Source of the DNA: a virus
Taxonomy: Duplodnaviria > Caudoviricetes
DNA length: 64,000 nucleotides
Direction: 5' to 3' (one strand)
IMG/VR virus record: IMGVR_UViG_2541047088_000004
Span: 1,312-65,311 of that record
Shown here: positions 11,101 to 18,125 of the stretch, piece by piece
How positions within the stretch are numbered: position 1 is the stretch's first letter
Layout of the letters: every line of letters begins with the position of its first letter
Notes under the pieces: model-generated
Database searches by the model: none
Seen by the model: only the letters and a program-made list of their open reading frames with translations
What the model was told of the DNA's origin: nothing
Made by a program: the position numbers and the translations under genes

Positions 11101-12751
11101 CTGAAATACTTGACGGAGTAGCAACAAGGTTAACAGGAGCAGCAAGCAGCGTATACGTTGATATTTCATTACTCCACTCACTTGTAATCACAGAACTTTT
11201 CGGAAAAGTATAGCTGGGATCTAACATATACTTATTGAACAAAGCAAAATCAAGGGCATTTATTTCATTATCGCCGTTAAGATCAGCAGCCCACATGTCG
11301 TCTTCCACAGGGAAATCATAACTGGAATCCATCATACGCTTCTTGAACAAAGCAAAATCAAGGGCATCTACTATACCATCACCGTTAACATCCCCTACCA
11401 AGCCATTTCCACATGGTTTAACGGCCCTCACCTTAACAGTATGCAAACTGTTAGGTACCAGACTGCTATATGCATAACTTGATGCGGTAACATTAGTAAT
11501 ATTTCCATCAAGTGAGACATCATAGCTCTGGGCATCTGCTACGGCATCCCAGCTTACCGTCAACGTTGTGTCAGTTGAAGTCAAATTTATATTTGCAGGG
11601 ATTAAAATAGCTGCCGGAGTTGTTGTCGCTACTATACTCACCGTAATAAAATTACTGAATCCAGACATATTCCCGGCTTCGTTGAACGCCTTTATTCTAT
11701 ATACATAAGTTGTTCCAACCTCCAACCCGATATCGGAGTATGTATTGCTCTCCGATGTCCCAACTTTTATATCATCCCTGTATATCTCATATCCTGAGGC
11801 TCCTGAAACAGAACCCCATGCCAAATTAACAGAAGTACCTGATATATCAGACGTAATATTGGATGGAGCAGCAAGCAGAGTGTATTTTATTATTTCGGTA
11901 CTCCATTCGCTATTTTCTGTTGAAGCAACGGCCCTTACTTTAATAGTATGCAGACTGTTCGGTACCAGATTGCCATATGTATAGCTTGCTTCGGTGACAT
12001 TTGTAACAGTTCCATCCATTGATACATCGTAGCTCTGGGCATCTGCCACGGCATCCCAGCTCACTTTTAATGTTGTATCAGTAGATGATACACTTATATT
12101 AGTAGGAATTGAAATAGAAGCTGGAGTTGCAGCTTCTACAGCATTTTCTGACATTGGAGCTGTTGCCACTGCTGCCGGTGTTTTATCTGTTCCTTCGAGA
12201 TTCACATTCAGAGGAAACGAAATTGAAGAGCCTGTTGTCTGGTTATTAGCAAGTCCCCTTGAAAGCATGTTTTGAGAAATAGATTTGCTATTTGCCTTAC
12301 TAGCAGCATTTAGAACAGTTAAATTACCTAAATTATCAATAGTTCCAGACTGACTACCGGATGCTGTTAAACCAGACTTTAAAAATTTGAATTGGCTTTT
12401 TTTTGATACTGTCTTGGTCGTTCTGTCCGTATCAGCTACCACAGCATTTGGTGTGTTGCTGGTATGTAGGCTTTTAATATCAGAATTTTTAAATTTCGAA
12501 GTTGAAACCTCTGTCTGCTTATCTCCAGAAGTTATTACCGCTGCTGTTTTTTCATGTGTCAAAGCAGCTGCCTTTTGAGTTTTTGCCTGCTGCTGTGGCA
12601 ATATAGGTGCTGTTACGCTATATGTCGGCTGCTTTACCGTGCCAGCAAGCACCTTCTGCATTCCCAGAGGAGACAAATCTGCTATGCTAAACCCCTGAGT
12701 TGCTATTAATACTGCCAATAAACCTGCTATCCACTTTTTCCCTGTACCCAT
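1829..12751 (-). CDS. Secreted WapA-like RHS/YD-repeat polymorphic toxin with FN3 domains, type I dockerin, beta-helix repeats and C-terminal HNH/EndoVII nuclease
   Basis: N-terminal signal peptide (MGTGKKWIAGLLAVLIA...VLA); FN3 motifs (VSWDAV..Y.V...KVRAV..SEWS); dockerin; DUF6531-like GNYSRTYTDL..FSRTYNS; dozens of YxYDxxGN repeats; core end PLSLNLYVYCANNPLIYYDPTGH. Confidence 0.93.
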   Translation of the reverse strand: MGTGKKWIAGLLAVLIATQGFSIADLSPLGMQKVLAGTVKQPTYSVTAPILPQQQAKTQKAAALTHEKTAAVITSGDKQTEVSTSKFKNSDIKSLHTSNTPNAVVADTDRTTKTVSKKSQFKFLKSGLTASGSQSGTIDNLGNLTVLNAASKANSKSISQNMLSRGLANNQTTGSSISFPLNVNLEGTDKTPAAVATAPMSENAVEAATPASISIPTNISVSSTDTTLKVSWDAVADAQSYDVSMDGTVTNVTEASYTYGNLVPNSLHTIKVRAVASTENSEWSTEIIKYTLLAAPSNITSDISGTSVNLAWGSVSGASGYEIYRDDIKVGTSESNTYSDIGLEVGTTYVYRIKAFNEAGNMSGFSNFITVSIVATTTPAAILIPANINLTSTDTTLTVSWDAVADAQSYDVSLDGNITNVTASSYAYSSLVPNSLHTVKVRAVKPCGNGLVGDVNGDGIVDALDFALFKKRMMDSSYDFPVEDDMWAADLNGDNEINALDFALFNKYMLDPSYTFPKSSVITSEWSNEISTYTLLAAPVNLVATPSSISVDLAWEAVNGATGYEVYRDNVKVGAPGINKYSDSELKSKTTYSYTVKAINTEGNVSLYSKPVTVTTCEQGVISENTTWTLANSPYILKSSITIPSGVTLTVEPGVIVKSTSNNYGIDVQGKLIALGTTGSDIVFTTVKDAEYGGSGVTGSETDYWGGINVVSTGEFIGEHVKIRYGGEWENNHSTLSILGKLSLVNSEVSNSNYIGVYLKTSNDIIIKNTKIDCSGWPGIYIWNTSTTENGTVTLENNIITSDSDGISIGLNGAENITIKNNTIDVNSRGIWIGHFGTGNLSIQNNSIISKNGSPIYVDIGGVKSSVFSGINNNTYPKNPEYNQVVIGGSLKENFTLTSGTYYMSKNIDIIDGATLTVEPGVIVKSTHTSMINVQGKLIALGTTGSAIVFTTYKDSAYGGTGVTTSESSNKDYWVGISVSRTGEFVGDNVKVRYGCGKGTICTYGKLTLINSEVSNSFSHGVYIDTTNDTTIKNTVIYGTNESGIYGDTSGVMTLKNNTISLNLGLGIRIDQNGTKNMAIESNTIFKTSGGISVWNDTNAKGNITIRDNAISQNSFGLELGLHEAENATVENNTIFQNSNAGISLRLYGEGNVIIENNNVSENKYGIRIYQNNINLVDMSILSIEKNSITNNRCCPIYIDIGVSVDVISIVNRIQNNTYTGNVEYNGIGIGGWTSSRYHTLNNGTYYLCDNILVKNGDMLTIQPGTIILGSKNNYIDVEGKLIAQGTAEKPIVFTSLEDPKYGGHGVSKTNERWDGIKVKSTGEFIGDNIKIRYGNGEIEHNTAFGTLNVEGKLTLTNSEITNSYGYGIYFKTTTAPILLYNTFNGNSYGIYNEKYSTMPIDARFNYWGSYYGPSVYPKWYGEGEGDTVGDGIAYYPWLGSEMNHKFYFGQSGINSATGNYSRTYTDLTVVSPGFDIAFSRTYNSQNDKASSLGKGWTFSYEGSVKDEEYTYVDFLDGTTKTAINSNIKAVTLPDGKMLSFSVNTDGSFTANNSRYTLKKQADGTFILTAKDQSKYLFNSSGYLVKMQDKNGNAVTLNVDSNGRVQGVTDQVGRHYTVTYENGLIKKIIDEASNRTVAYDYTSSRLTKVTDPMGNPTFYYYDSDGFVTEVRDSGNKLIEAVTYNHSGENKDKVNNITDVNGNVLTYSYDNINRRTTITDSKGRTSRQEYDIFYSITGSTDAEGKTSVYEYSKESGINKYAEESSVRDRNGNTTKYDRDGKGNITKITNPDQTTKAMTYDSNNNLTSEKDESGKYTFYIYDSEGNIVKKVQPLNGTDIYDESKDADSNFAITRYHYYTDAECQIKGLLEAETDPEGNTTVYTYDAYGNIKTVKDAENNITTFEYNPAGQVIKKTTAKGNITSYVYDKNGNLEKQIQDGNKVTRITYDSENRKTKEVSPKLYNSANDNISDNEYNGDAGNRYTYYASGKVKTKTDAANNTTSYTYDIYGNLATQTNPNGAVYSYEYDCMDRPVKKYFQDNQASEKVLLEEYSYDILTDGKTKKTQKQYLNSKDVAITEYTYDYADRLISQKNADNTTASTSYNKNGTVNSTTDEKGNTTYYKYDSLNRLTEQWTPFETVSGAVRYSYNKIVYDKAGRKKNEIAGKDTVTLYAAALQLITKTYDYYNNGKVKSITDNEGRKTEYEYDADGNVSKETVYTSTTDKNVTEFINNYLGKVSEKKVHVKAGDLAGNDFNSTEDTILRTVYTYDKNGNLETVTTPDDVTTTCNYDNLNRQTGVSQPGIDENEQAVTIASSTEYDCQGNVVKTTDANGNITEYHYNQRGLLETTTDAETNTTAFYYDRVGRKIAEVAPKDYDPAKTLSQMNRVEYTYDLMGRVKTKTYVGEEKKVDPVTHEWVTQQVSIVQKAYQYDNNGNVTKELDGLGLESATDITSIDTQISTGYGTEYTYNLADKPITVKDAVSKDRGLSYTTKYSYDALGRKTSETYANGVIKNYNYDDAGNVTKLTVQKTSGSAEQTIQINTYDYVGNLLTKKYGNGNTTTYEYNALGKLRKTTAPGDITIPESTIISQYDAMGRLKIQKDSRGAVNTYTYNNQGDVLSQKQQAEDGKQAITTSTRYDKNGNARYVTDGNQNTTENIYNVLNKISTSKQTVSGVMHETAYGYDANGNQTTVTDWRGNTSQNVYDSLNRHIEKKDAYGKSIQKLEYNHSNVQEKSYDALNNVTQYTYDKNNRLLSTTDPENHTTSQTYDNAGNIQTKTDARGNISPADDKTHYTTYTYDEFNRLKTVTNSKNETTSYTYDLNGNLLTQTDGRGNITTYEYNAANKVAKRIDQGGRTLTAGKYDDVPAKTEAYTYNADGNLATKTDRNGITTTYTYDIHGRLLSQTTGNISISYTYDGNGNQLTMTDSTGTTTRTYDEQNRVLTKNVPNIGITTFEYDKITGMEEGCQAETSTDPKGNLTQKTYDMAGRLKTVTADGKTTTYNYLDNGARQSVIYNDGSREDYTYYADGLLRTLTNKKADGSIIDTYSYTYDAAHNQASKTDSNGTTNYTYDTLNRLETVTEPNNRKTTYTYDAAGNRATETITVGGNATVNTYTYNEQDHLTQIVTTLNGTTTATTVYTYDNNGNQLTTEVNGTVTVSNTYDARSQLISTTTGGITVQNTYNGDGYRVEKAVNGAITRYLYEYDKVVLELDGSGNQTGRNVYGTNLLMRSVDGTTYYYMYNGHADVTALLKPDGTIAATYYYDAFGNITDTTGAASNSITFAGYQYDKETGLYYLNARMYDPKTARFLQEDTYTGDRNDPLSLNLYVYCANNPLIYYDPTGHSWMDSARDWFLNDTSAGRWVNKNIVKPVKKKAKAVYNYLDEKVPVLTGIGEALYDEAKTITDSVDIVGKVIDVAKVITHPKETIKQIGDNYKKILADPKAVWNSVASKVTNYVDTNIINGNAHTRAEFGTHAAVFIGSFFVGGSESEAGTAASKFAESAKGLISKTNGLTNRIIYEETGSTNIFNKMFSRIAENKIPEVNRGLSAVGEGGSKPPNLSPEGAGRNGAFREAKRNSDIPVTEQPKKVTPAVDKRGNRIPGKDYDFGDGKVIRDHSGGHEFPDDPSQNRGPHFNDPDGNHYDYNK
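11198..11395 (-). other. Type I dockerin domain within the Rhs protein
   Basis: Duplicated Ca-binding loop-helix GDVNGDGIVDALDFALFKK ... ADLNGDNEINALDFALFNKY; a 25-bp identical internal repeat at 11235-11259 and 11343-11367. Confidence 0.92.
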
Positions 12752-12823
12752 GCTATCTTCTCCTAAATTATAACTTTAAAGGTATATATATTTATATTTT
12801 GTAAAATATTAACTCATTGCTAA

Positions 12824-12852
12824 ATTTTATGTCGAATGTGATATTTTGTCAA
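12824..12852 (-). promoter_or_regulatory. Sigma-A-type promoter of the Rhs-immunity operon
   Basis: TTGACA-17 nt-TAAAAT on the minus strand, about 70 nt upstream of the Rhs ATG, which has an AGGAG SD. Confidence 0.7.
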
Positions 12853-12867
12853 TAAAAAGCTTTTTAG

Positions 12868-13113
12868 TTATATTTGTAATGCTTTCGCCCTAAGGTAAAG
12901 CCTGAATATTCTTTTTACAAGCTCTGCCTCCCCTGGTACTATGATCAGCTCTCGGACTTCATTTTTGGCGTATCCCAGGAATTTATTGCGATTAACCTGT
13001 ACCTTACCCTGCTGAAGAGGTGTACGATACCCCATCTGGTGTTGGTGCTTAATGATCGGCTTTCCTCCTGTCATAAGAGGCTCATTGCAAAGAATCTCGC
13101 GGAATAAACGCAA
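12868..13113 (-). pseudogene. Serine recombinase fragment (recombinase domain)
   Basis: NRNKFLGYAKNEVRELIIVPGEAELVKRIFRLYL is homologous to the FLGY.K...G.L.I...EA..V.RIF motif of the neighbouring recombinases; both ends missing. Confidence 0.7.
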
Positions 13114-13130
13114 ATGAAGATCTTAAAAAT

Positions 13131-13171
13131 AAAAAACCGTCAACCAGAAGATATTCTCTCTCAATTGACGG
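13131..13171 (-). terminator. Probable intrinsic terminator
   Basis: CCGTCAA...TTGACGG stem followed by a T-run on the minus strand. Confidence 0.4.
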
Positions 13172-13209
13172 CGTAATCAAATATTATTGTATTCTATTTC
13201 TAAATACCC

Positions 13210-13798
13210 CTATTCCCATCTCACCTCACTCCCATCCAGCAACCCCACACTCACCCCATCCTCATAAACTACTACCTTCTCAACCAATTTAAAGAACAAA
13301 TCAGCCTCAAACCTCTCAATTGGCTTTGCACCTTTAACAAAACCTATAAACTTCTTGGCAGTAACCCTCTTTAATATATTCTCGCTGTTAAATTGACTCT
13401 CCCACTTTGTCATATAGTAATCTATATTTTTGCCAATCTCATTAAACTCAAAAACAAATACCTCATATAAAGAACCTCATCATCAATATGCCTGTTGTCA
13501 CAGCCCTTTCTTCCTTTAACCGCATACTTATTATTGCACTGCCAAACGGTTCTTTTTAATCTTTCATCATTAGAGTTCCATATCTTCCTTCCATAGACTC
13601 CTCCACAGCAGCCGCAGATAATTCTGTCCATAAATGTGTTATCATTCGTAATATAGTCCATCTTTTGAATATTGTACTTCTCCATAAAGGCTTTTCTTCT
13701 CTCCCTTTCAAGCTGTACTGCTTTCCACGTGTCTCTATCTATAATTGGTGGGTGGCTCTCCTCAACATAATACTGTGCCACTTCCCCTTTATTCTCTA
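13210..13798 (-). pseudogene. Truncated, frameshifted 3' half of a large serine recombinase (paralogue of 25991-27403)
   Basis: 13465-13798 is nearly identical in DNA to 26255-26587; a frameshift near 13465 splits it into ORFs 13422-13832 and 13210-13413; the catalytic N-terminus is absent. Confidence 0.85.
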
Positions 13799-13806
13799 TA
13801 TGGAAG

Positions 13807-15219
13807 CTAATTCTTTGTGTTAATGCTTCCATTTAGTACAATACCCGATTTAAATTCTATTTGTATTTCTTTTTCTGATATAACCAATATTTTCTCTATA
13901 AGTTTTCTACAATATAAATCATTGTATTCTGTAAGCTCTTGTTTTGATGTTTCAAATATCTCTTCCATTTCTTTTAACCTTTGCTTCTTATTATCCCATT
14001 CTAGATCCTTTAAATTATAAACTTCCTTCTCCTTCTGGATTGGGTCTGTTAACTCTTTTTCTTTTGTAAGAGTGTCCTCCATTTCTTTTATGAACTGCTC
14101 TTTTTTTCTGATTAGTGTTTTGAATACTATGTCAATTGCTTCAAAGAGGTCTTTTTCATAAATTGTTGGTGCTTGACATGCTTTCGGTCCATTGTGCTGT
14201 CGATTACCACACCGCCAAACTATTATCCTTTCTTTCTTAATAGTCCAATGACACCTGTGATACGTTTTCCCACATTGGCTGCATTTTATTTTACCACTTA
14301 AAGCATACTCGGATTTATAGACTCCCTGATCTTTCTTTTTTAGTCCCATAGTACTTCTTCTATTCAGCTTTTCTTGCTGCACTTTTATGTATACTTCTTT
14401 TGTGATAATAGGCTCATGATTATTTTCTACATAATACTGTCGTTCCTGTCCCGTATTTTTTATTCGTTTCTTTGTTAAGAAGTCTAACGTAATTGTTTTT
14501 TGGAGGAGTGCATTCCCAATATATTTTTCGTTGCCAAGTATCTTTATTATGGTTGAAGGGTACCATTTGGAACAGCCAGCAGGAGTTAAGATATTGTCAG
14601 CAGTCAAACCGTCAGCTATCTTTTTTGATCCTTTACCCTCGAGATACTCTGTGAATATTCTTTCTACTATCTTTGCCTCCTCTGGTATTACTACCAACTC
14701 TCCAAATCTGTTTTTCGTATATCCGAGGAAACGGTTATGGTTTACTTTTATTATCCCCTGCTGAAAACGGTGAATTATACCCCATTTTGTATTTAAACTT
14801 AAAGTCCTCGATTCCTCCTGTGCAATTCCCCCGAGTAATGTTATTATGAATTCGCCTTTTGAATCCTTGGTGTCCAAGTTCTCTTTTTCAAAGTATACTG
14901 ATACTCCCTTTTCTTTCAATAGCCTGATATACTTGATGCATTCAAGTGTATTACGCATAAACCTAGAAATTGATTTTGTTATGATCATGTCTATTTTGCC
15001 ATCCATACAGTTTTTGATCATTCTATTGAATTCCGGTCTATTTTTTGCATTTGTTCCGCTTATTCCTTTTTCTTCATAAACCCCGGCAAATTCCCACTTG
15101 TCATTTTCCTTTATATATTCAGTATAATATGATACTTGTGCTTCAATGCTTGTTTGCTGTTCCTCATGTTCCGTACTTACCCTGCAATATGCACCTACTC
15201 GTAGCTTCTTCTGTTTCAT
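13807..15219 (-). CDS. Large serine recombinase (resolvase + recombinase + Zn ribbon)
   Basis: AYCRVST catalytic motif, ITKSISRF.RN, FLGY, NEKY.G..LLQKT, CSQC/WRC Zn ribbon; likely start MKQKK at 15219 (ORF track 15231). Confidence 0.9.
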   Translation of the reverse strand: MKQKKLRVGAYCRVSTEHEEQQTSIEAQVSYYTEYIKENDKWEFAGVYEEKGISGTNAKNRPEFNRMIKNCMDGKIDMIITKSISRFMRNTLECIKYIRLLKEKGVSVYFEKENLDTKDSKGEFIITLLGGIAQEESRTLSLNTKWGIIHRFQQGIIKVNHNRFLGYTKNRFGELVVIPEEAKIVERIFTEYLEGKGSKKIADGLTADNILTPAGCSKWYPSTIIKILGNEKYIGNALLQKTITLDFLTKKRIKNTGQERQYYVENNHEPIITKEVYIKVQQEKLNRRSTMGLKKKDQGVYKSEYALSGKIKCSQCGKTYHRCHWTIKKERIIVWRCGNRQHNGPKACQAPTIYEKDLFEAIDIVFKTLIRKKEQFIKEMEDTLTKEKELTDPIQKEKEVYNLKDLEWDNKKQRLKEMEEIFETSKQELTEYNDLYCRKLIEKILVISEKEIQIEFKSGIVLNGSINTKN

Positions 15220-15275
15220 TGTTATGCCCATGCCAGTAAATAAAGTGGCATGGGCTCAGTACCTCCCCAGATTAT

Positions 15276-17831
15276 TTATATAATTTTCTTAGGCTCTTTT
15301 TCTATTACAATTCTGTTTATAAACTGAAATAATAAAGTATTATGTTTTGTAACGGTAATCTGTTTTATCACTCTTCTAAATAATTGTCCATCGAACTCTA
15401 GTTGATTCTTCTTTTCGTATGTCATCAGTTCTGTTTGAAGCTTTTCGTTCCAGTAATCAAAATCATCTATAGCTGCAGCTCTCCATACCTCATCAACTCT
15501 TTTTTTCAATAGCTCTCGGATTTTTCCTTCCGCCTCCATTGCCTCCGATTGGTTACTTTGTGCTTTCTGGAAGACACGAAGTGTTATTTGTATCTCCTTA
15601 TCCAGTTGGGTTATCTTTTCGTTTATCACCGGTTTGAAAGAATTCGATATGTCTTTTGTATATGTATATAAATTCTTTTTGAGTTGATTTAATACTTCGA
15701 TAAATTTTTGTTCTAACTGCTTTTCTTCTAGCGCTATACTCATGCAATAAACCTTCCCGCCTTTTACATAGCTCGTGCACCTCCATAAGTGTCGTATACT
15801 TGTTTTGCTTTTACTGGTTTGTCTTTTAAATATACCCCTACACACCTCACATATAACTTTGCCACTGAATGGATACTGTGCTCTTTGCTTTTCACAATTT
15901 GCTAAACTATACTTTTTATATCTAATATTTTTTCCTGTTATTATTTGGTTTGCTTTTTCAAGGGTTTCTTTTGAGATTATTGCAGGAAAAGTTTCATCAC
16001 CAATATATTTTGCATTACTCAAAATACCGAATAATGAACCTTTTGTCCACTTTGTTTTGTTTTCGGAAGCTTTAACGGCTTCTTGGTTCAGCCATGATAG
16101 GATTCCACCTTCATTTACTCCTTCGCACGCCATTTCAAATATCTTTTTAATATATACGCCTTTTTCTTCATCAATAACTGGTAGTCCATTGTTACCTAAA
16201 ATATATCCATATGGCAGGTGCCTATTGTTTATCGTCCCAACGCCTATAACCCAGTCTAGCTCCATACCGTTTTTAAGTCTGAAGCATAAGTTATTTCTTG
16301 ATTTAACAACTATATCTTTAACCATTGCGTTAAAACAAGCTTCATCAAACTCATCTATAAGACTATGGTTTTTGATGAATTCTATACTTTTATCCGTTTC
16401 CACAAGTGATATGTCTTTGTTAACCATATCCATTGAAATTGTCTGCTTTCTTGTCTTAAGCTCATTAAGTTTTGTTTTGATTTCATTGATTTTCTGAGTA
16501 AATAGAACAGGCTCAAGATGTCCCTTTGCTAGCAACATTTGTAGCATACTTTCTTTTTCTGATAACTCAATTATCTGATTATCTATGCCATATATTTTTG
16601 TTCGTTCTGCGGTAGATTGTACAAGTTCTTTTAGATATGTCTTATGGGGCAATAGAAGTGTTCTCCAATTTGAATATAGTTTATTATACATGTCTATAAA
16701 TGCTAGAATAACTCTATCCTCTCTTACCGCACTCATCTCACAAGATTCTAAATATTCACTGTACTTGCTTTTGCAAATCAATGCTATATACTTATATTGT
16801 TTTGTTGACTGGCAAGTCATTCTTATAAAGGTTCTCCCGCAATTTCCGCAAATAACCTTTCCGGTTAACGGATAGCGGTTTGCCATCTTTTTGATTGCTT
16901 CCTCATCTATACCTTTTTCTTTTCTCCTTATTTCAAGCAGTTCCTTTACACGTTCAAAATCCTCTCTTGATATGATTGGCTCGTGGTTGTTTTTTATGTA
17001 GTATTGAGGCAGTTCACCTTTGTTGCGTTTCCTTTTGAATGTAACACTATCTGCGGTGATTGTTTTTTGAAGTAAAACATCACCACAGTATTTTTCATTG
17101 GTTACCATTCTTCCAATTGTTGACGAACGCCATTTCACTCCTGTTATGGTTGTTATATTTTCTTCATTTAAACTCCTTGCAATGCTACCCGTTCCTTTAC
17201 CACCAAGATATTCTCTAAATACTCTTTTTACAATTTGTGCTTCAGCCTGATTAATAACCAGATCTCCGTTTTCATCCTTGTCATAGCCCATAATTTTAAT
17301 TGGTGATATTTGAAACTTACCTTGCTTGTATCTTTTCTGGTTGGACCACCTTATATTTGATGAAATTGAAGCTGCCTCTTCTTGCGCTAAGGAGCTGAGG
17401 ACAGAAAGGATCAATTCGCTCTCCTGCGATACGGTGTTTATATTCTCCTTCTCAAAATATACAGTAACTCCTAAAGATTTTAGCTTTCTTACAGTTTCTA
17501 TACAATCAGCGGTATTCCGTGCAAACCTTGAGATGGACTTTGTAATCACCATATCTATTCTGCCGTTTTCACAATCATTAATTAGTCTCATGAATTCAGG
17601 CCTTATTTCTTTTTTAGTACCACTTATACCTTCGTCTGCGTAAATCCCGGCTAACTCCCATTGGTCGTTGCTTTTAATATATTTTTTGTAATGGCTAACC
17701 TGTGCCTCGAATGAATTTTCCTGTTCCTTATGTGTGGAACTGACTCGGCAGTACGCGCAAACTCTAGTTTTTCTGTTACTAGATGCTTCGCTCTCAGTAT
17801 TACTTTTTTCAATAACAGTAACATTTTTCAC
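15276..17831 (-). CDS. Fused large serine recombinase, 851 aa (one catalytic domain, two recombinase + Zn-ribbon modules)
   Basis: AYCRVSS at the N-terminus; a second LPYGY..KKIFE..NAKYIGD..CEVC module after residue ~535; GTG start. Confidence 0.9.
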   Translation of the reverse strand: MKNVTVIEKSNTESEASSNRKTRVCAYCRVSSTHKEQENSFEAQVSHYKKYIKSNDQWELAGIYADEGISGTKKEIRPEFMRLINDCENGRIDMVITKSISRFARNTADCIETVRKLKSLGVTVYFEKENINTVSQESELILSVLSSLAQEEAASISSNIRWSNQKRYKQGKFQISPIKIMGYDKDENGDLVINQAEAQIVKRVFREYLGGKGTGSIARSLNEENITTITGVKWRSSTIGRMVTNEKYCGDVLLQKTITADSVTFKRKRNKGELPQYYIKNNHEPIISREDFERVKELLEIRRKEKGIDEEAIKKMANRYPLTGKVICGNCGRTFIRMTCQSTKQYKYIALICKSKYSEYLESCEMSAVREDRVILAFIDMYNKLYSNWRTLLLPHKTYLKELVQSTAERTKIYGIDNQIIELSEKESMLQMLLAKGHLEPVLFTQKINEIKTKLNELKTRKQTISMDMVNKDISLVETDKSIEFIKNHSLIDEFDEACFNAMVKDIVVKSRNNLCFRLKNGMELDWVIGVGTINNRHLPYGYILGNNGLPVIDEEKGVYIKKIFEMACEGVNEGGILSWLNQEAVKASENKTKWTKGSLFGILSNAKYIGDETFPAIISKETLEKANQIITGKNIRYKKYSLANCEKQRAQYPFSGKVICEVCRGIFKRQTSKSKTSIRHLWRCTSYVKGGKVYCMSIALEEKQLEQKFIEVLNQLKKNLYTYTKDISNSFKPVINEKITQLDKEIQITLRVFQKAQSNQSEAMEAEGKIRELLKKRVDEVWRAAAIDDFDYWNEKLQTELMTYEKKNQLEFDGQLFRRVIKQITVTKHNTLLFQFINRIVIEKEPKKII

Positions 17832-17867
17832 TACTAATCCCTCCCCTTCTTCTAAAGTAGTGCTGCT

Positions 17868-17896
17868 ATGTTACCGTACTAATTTTGTGAATTCAA
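17868..17896 (-). promoter_or_regulatory. Putative promoter TTGAAT-17-TAACAT upstream of the 851-aa recombinase
   Basis: A near-identical motif sits at 20697-20725 upstream of the paralogous cassette. Confidence 0.55.
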
Positions 17897-17947
17897 GTAT
17901 GTCATTTAAGCTTCTTTTAAATTAGATATATTCGCAGTCGCCTCATA

Positions 17948-17989
17948 ATAAAAATCCTCCAATTGAAGTTTTATCTTCGGTTGGAGGAT
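17948..17989 (-). terminator. Intrinsic terminator between the duplicated recombinase cassettes
   Basis: ATCCTCCAA / TTGGAGGAT 9-bp stem followed by TTTTATT on the minus strand. Confidence 0.65.
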
Positions 17990-18125
17990 CTGTTGTCCAT
18001 TGGTTTGCTTGCTATTTAGTTATGTATAGCCCTTACTTTTTAATTATTTACACGTGAAGTTTGTTAATAACACCAAGCAAAAATATTACTTGATTAGTTC
18101 TTCTTTTTCATTGGTTGATATACCT

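Noticed and set aside
1922-12578. Many plus-strand ORFs of 60-123 aa opposite the Rhs gene
   Set aside because: Shadow ORFs of a long coding sequence with no SD or motif support; the same applies to antisense ORFs across the prophage, e.g. 35300-36328 and 41954-42511
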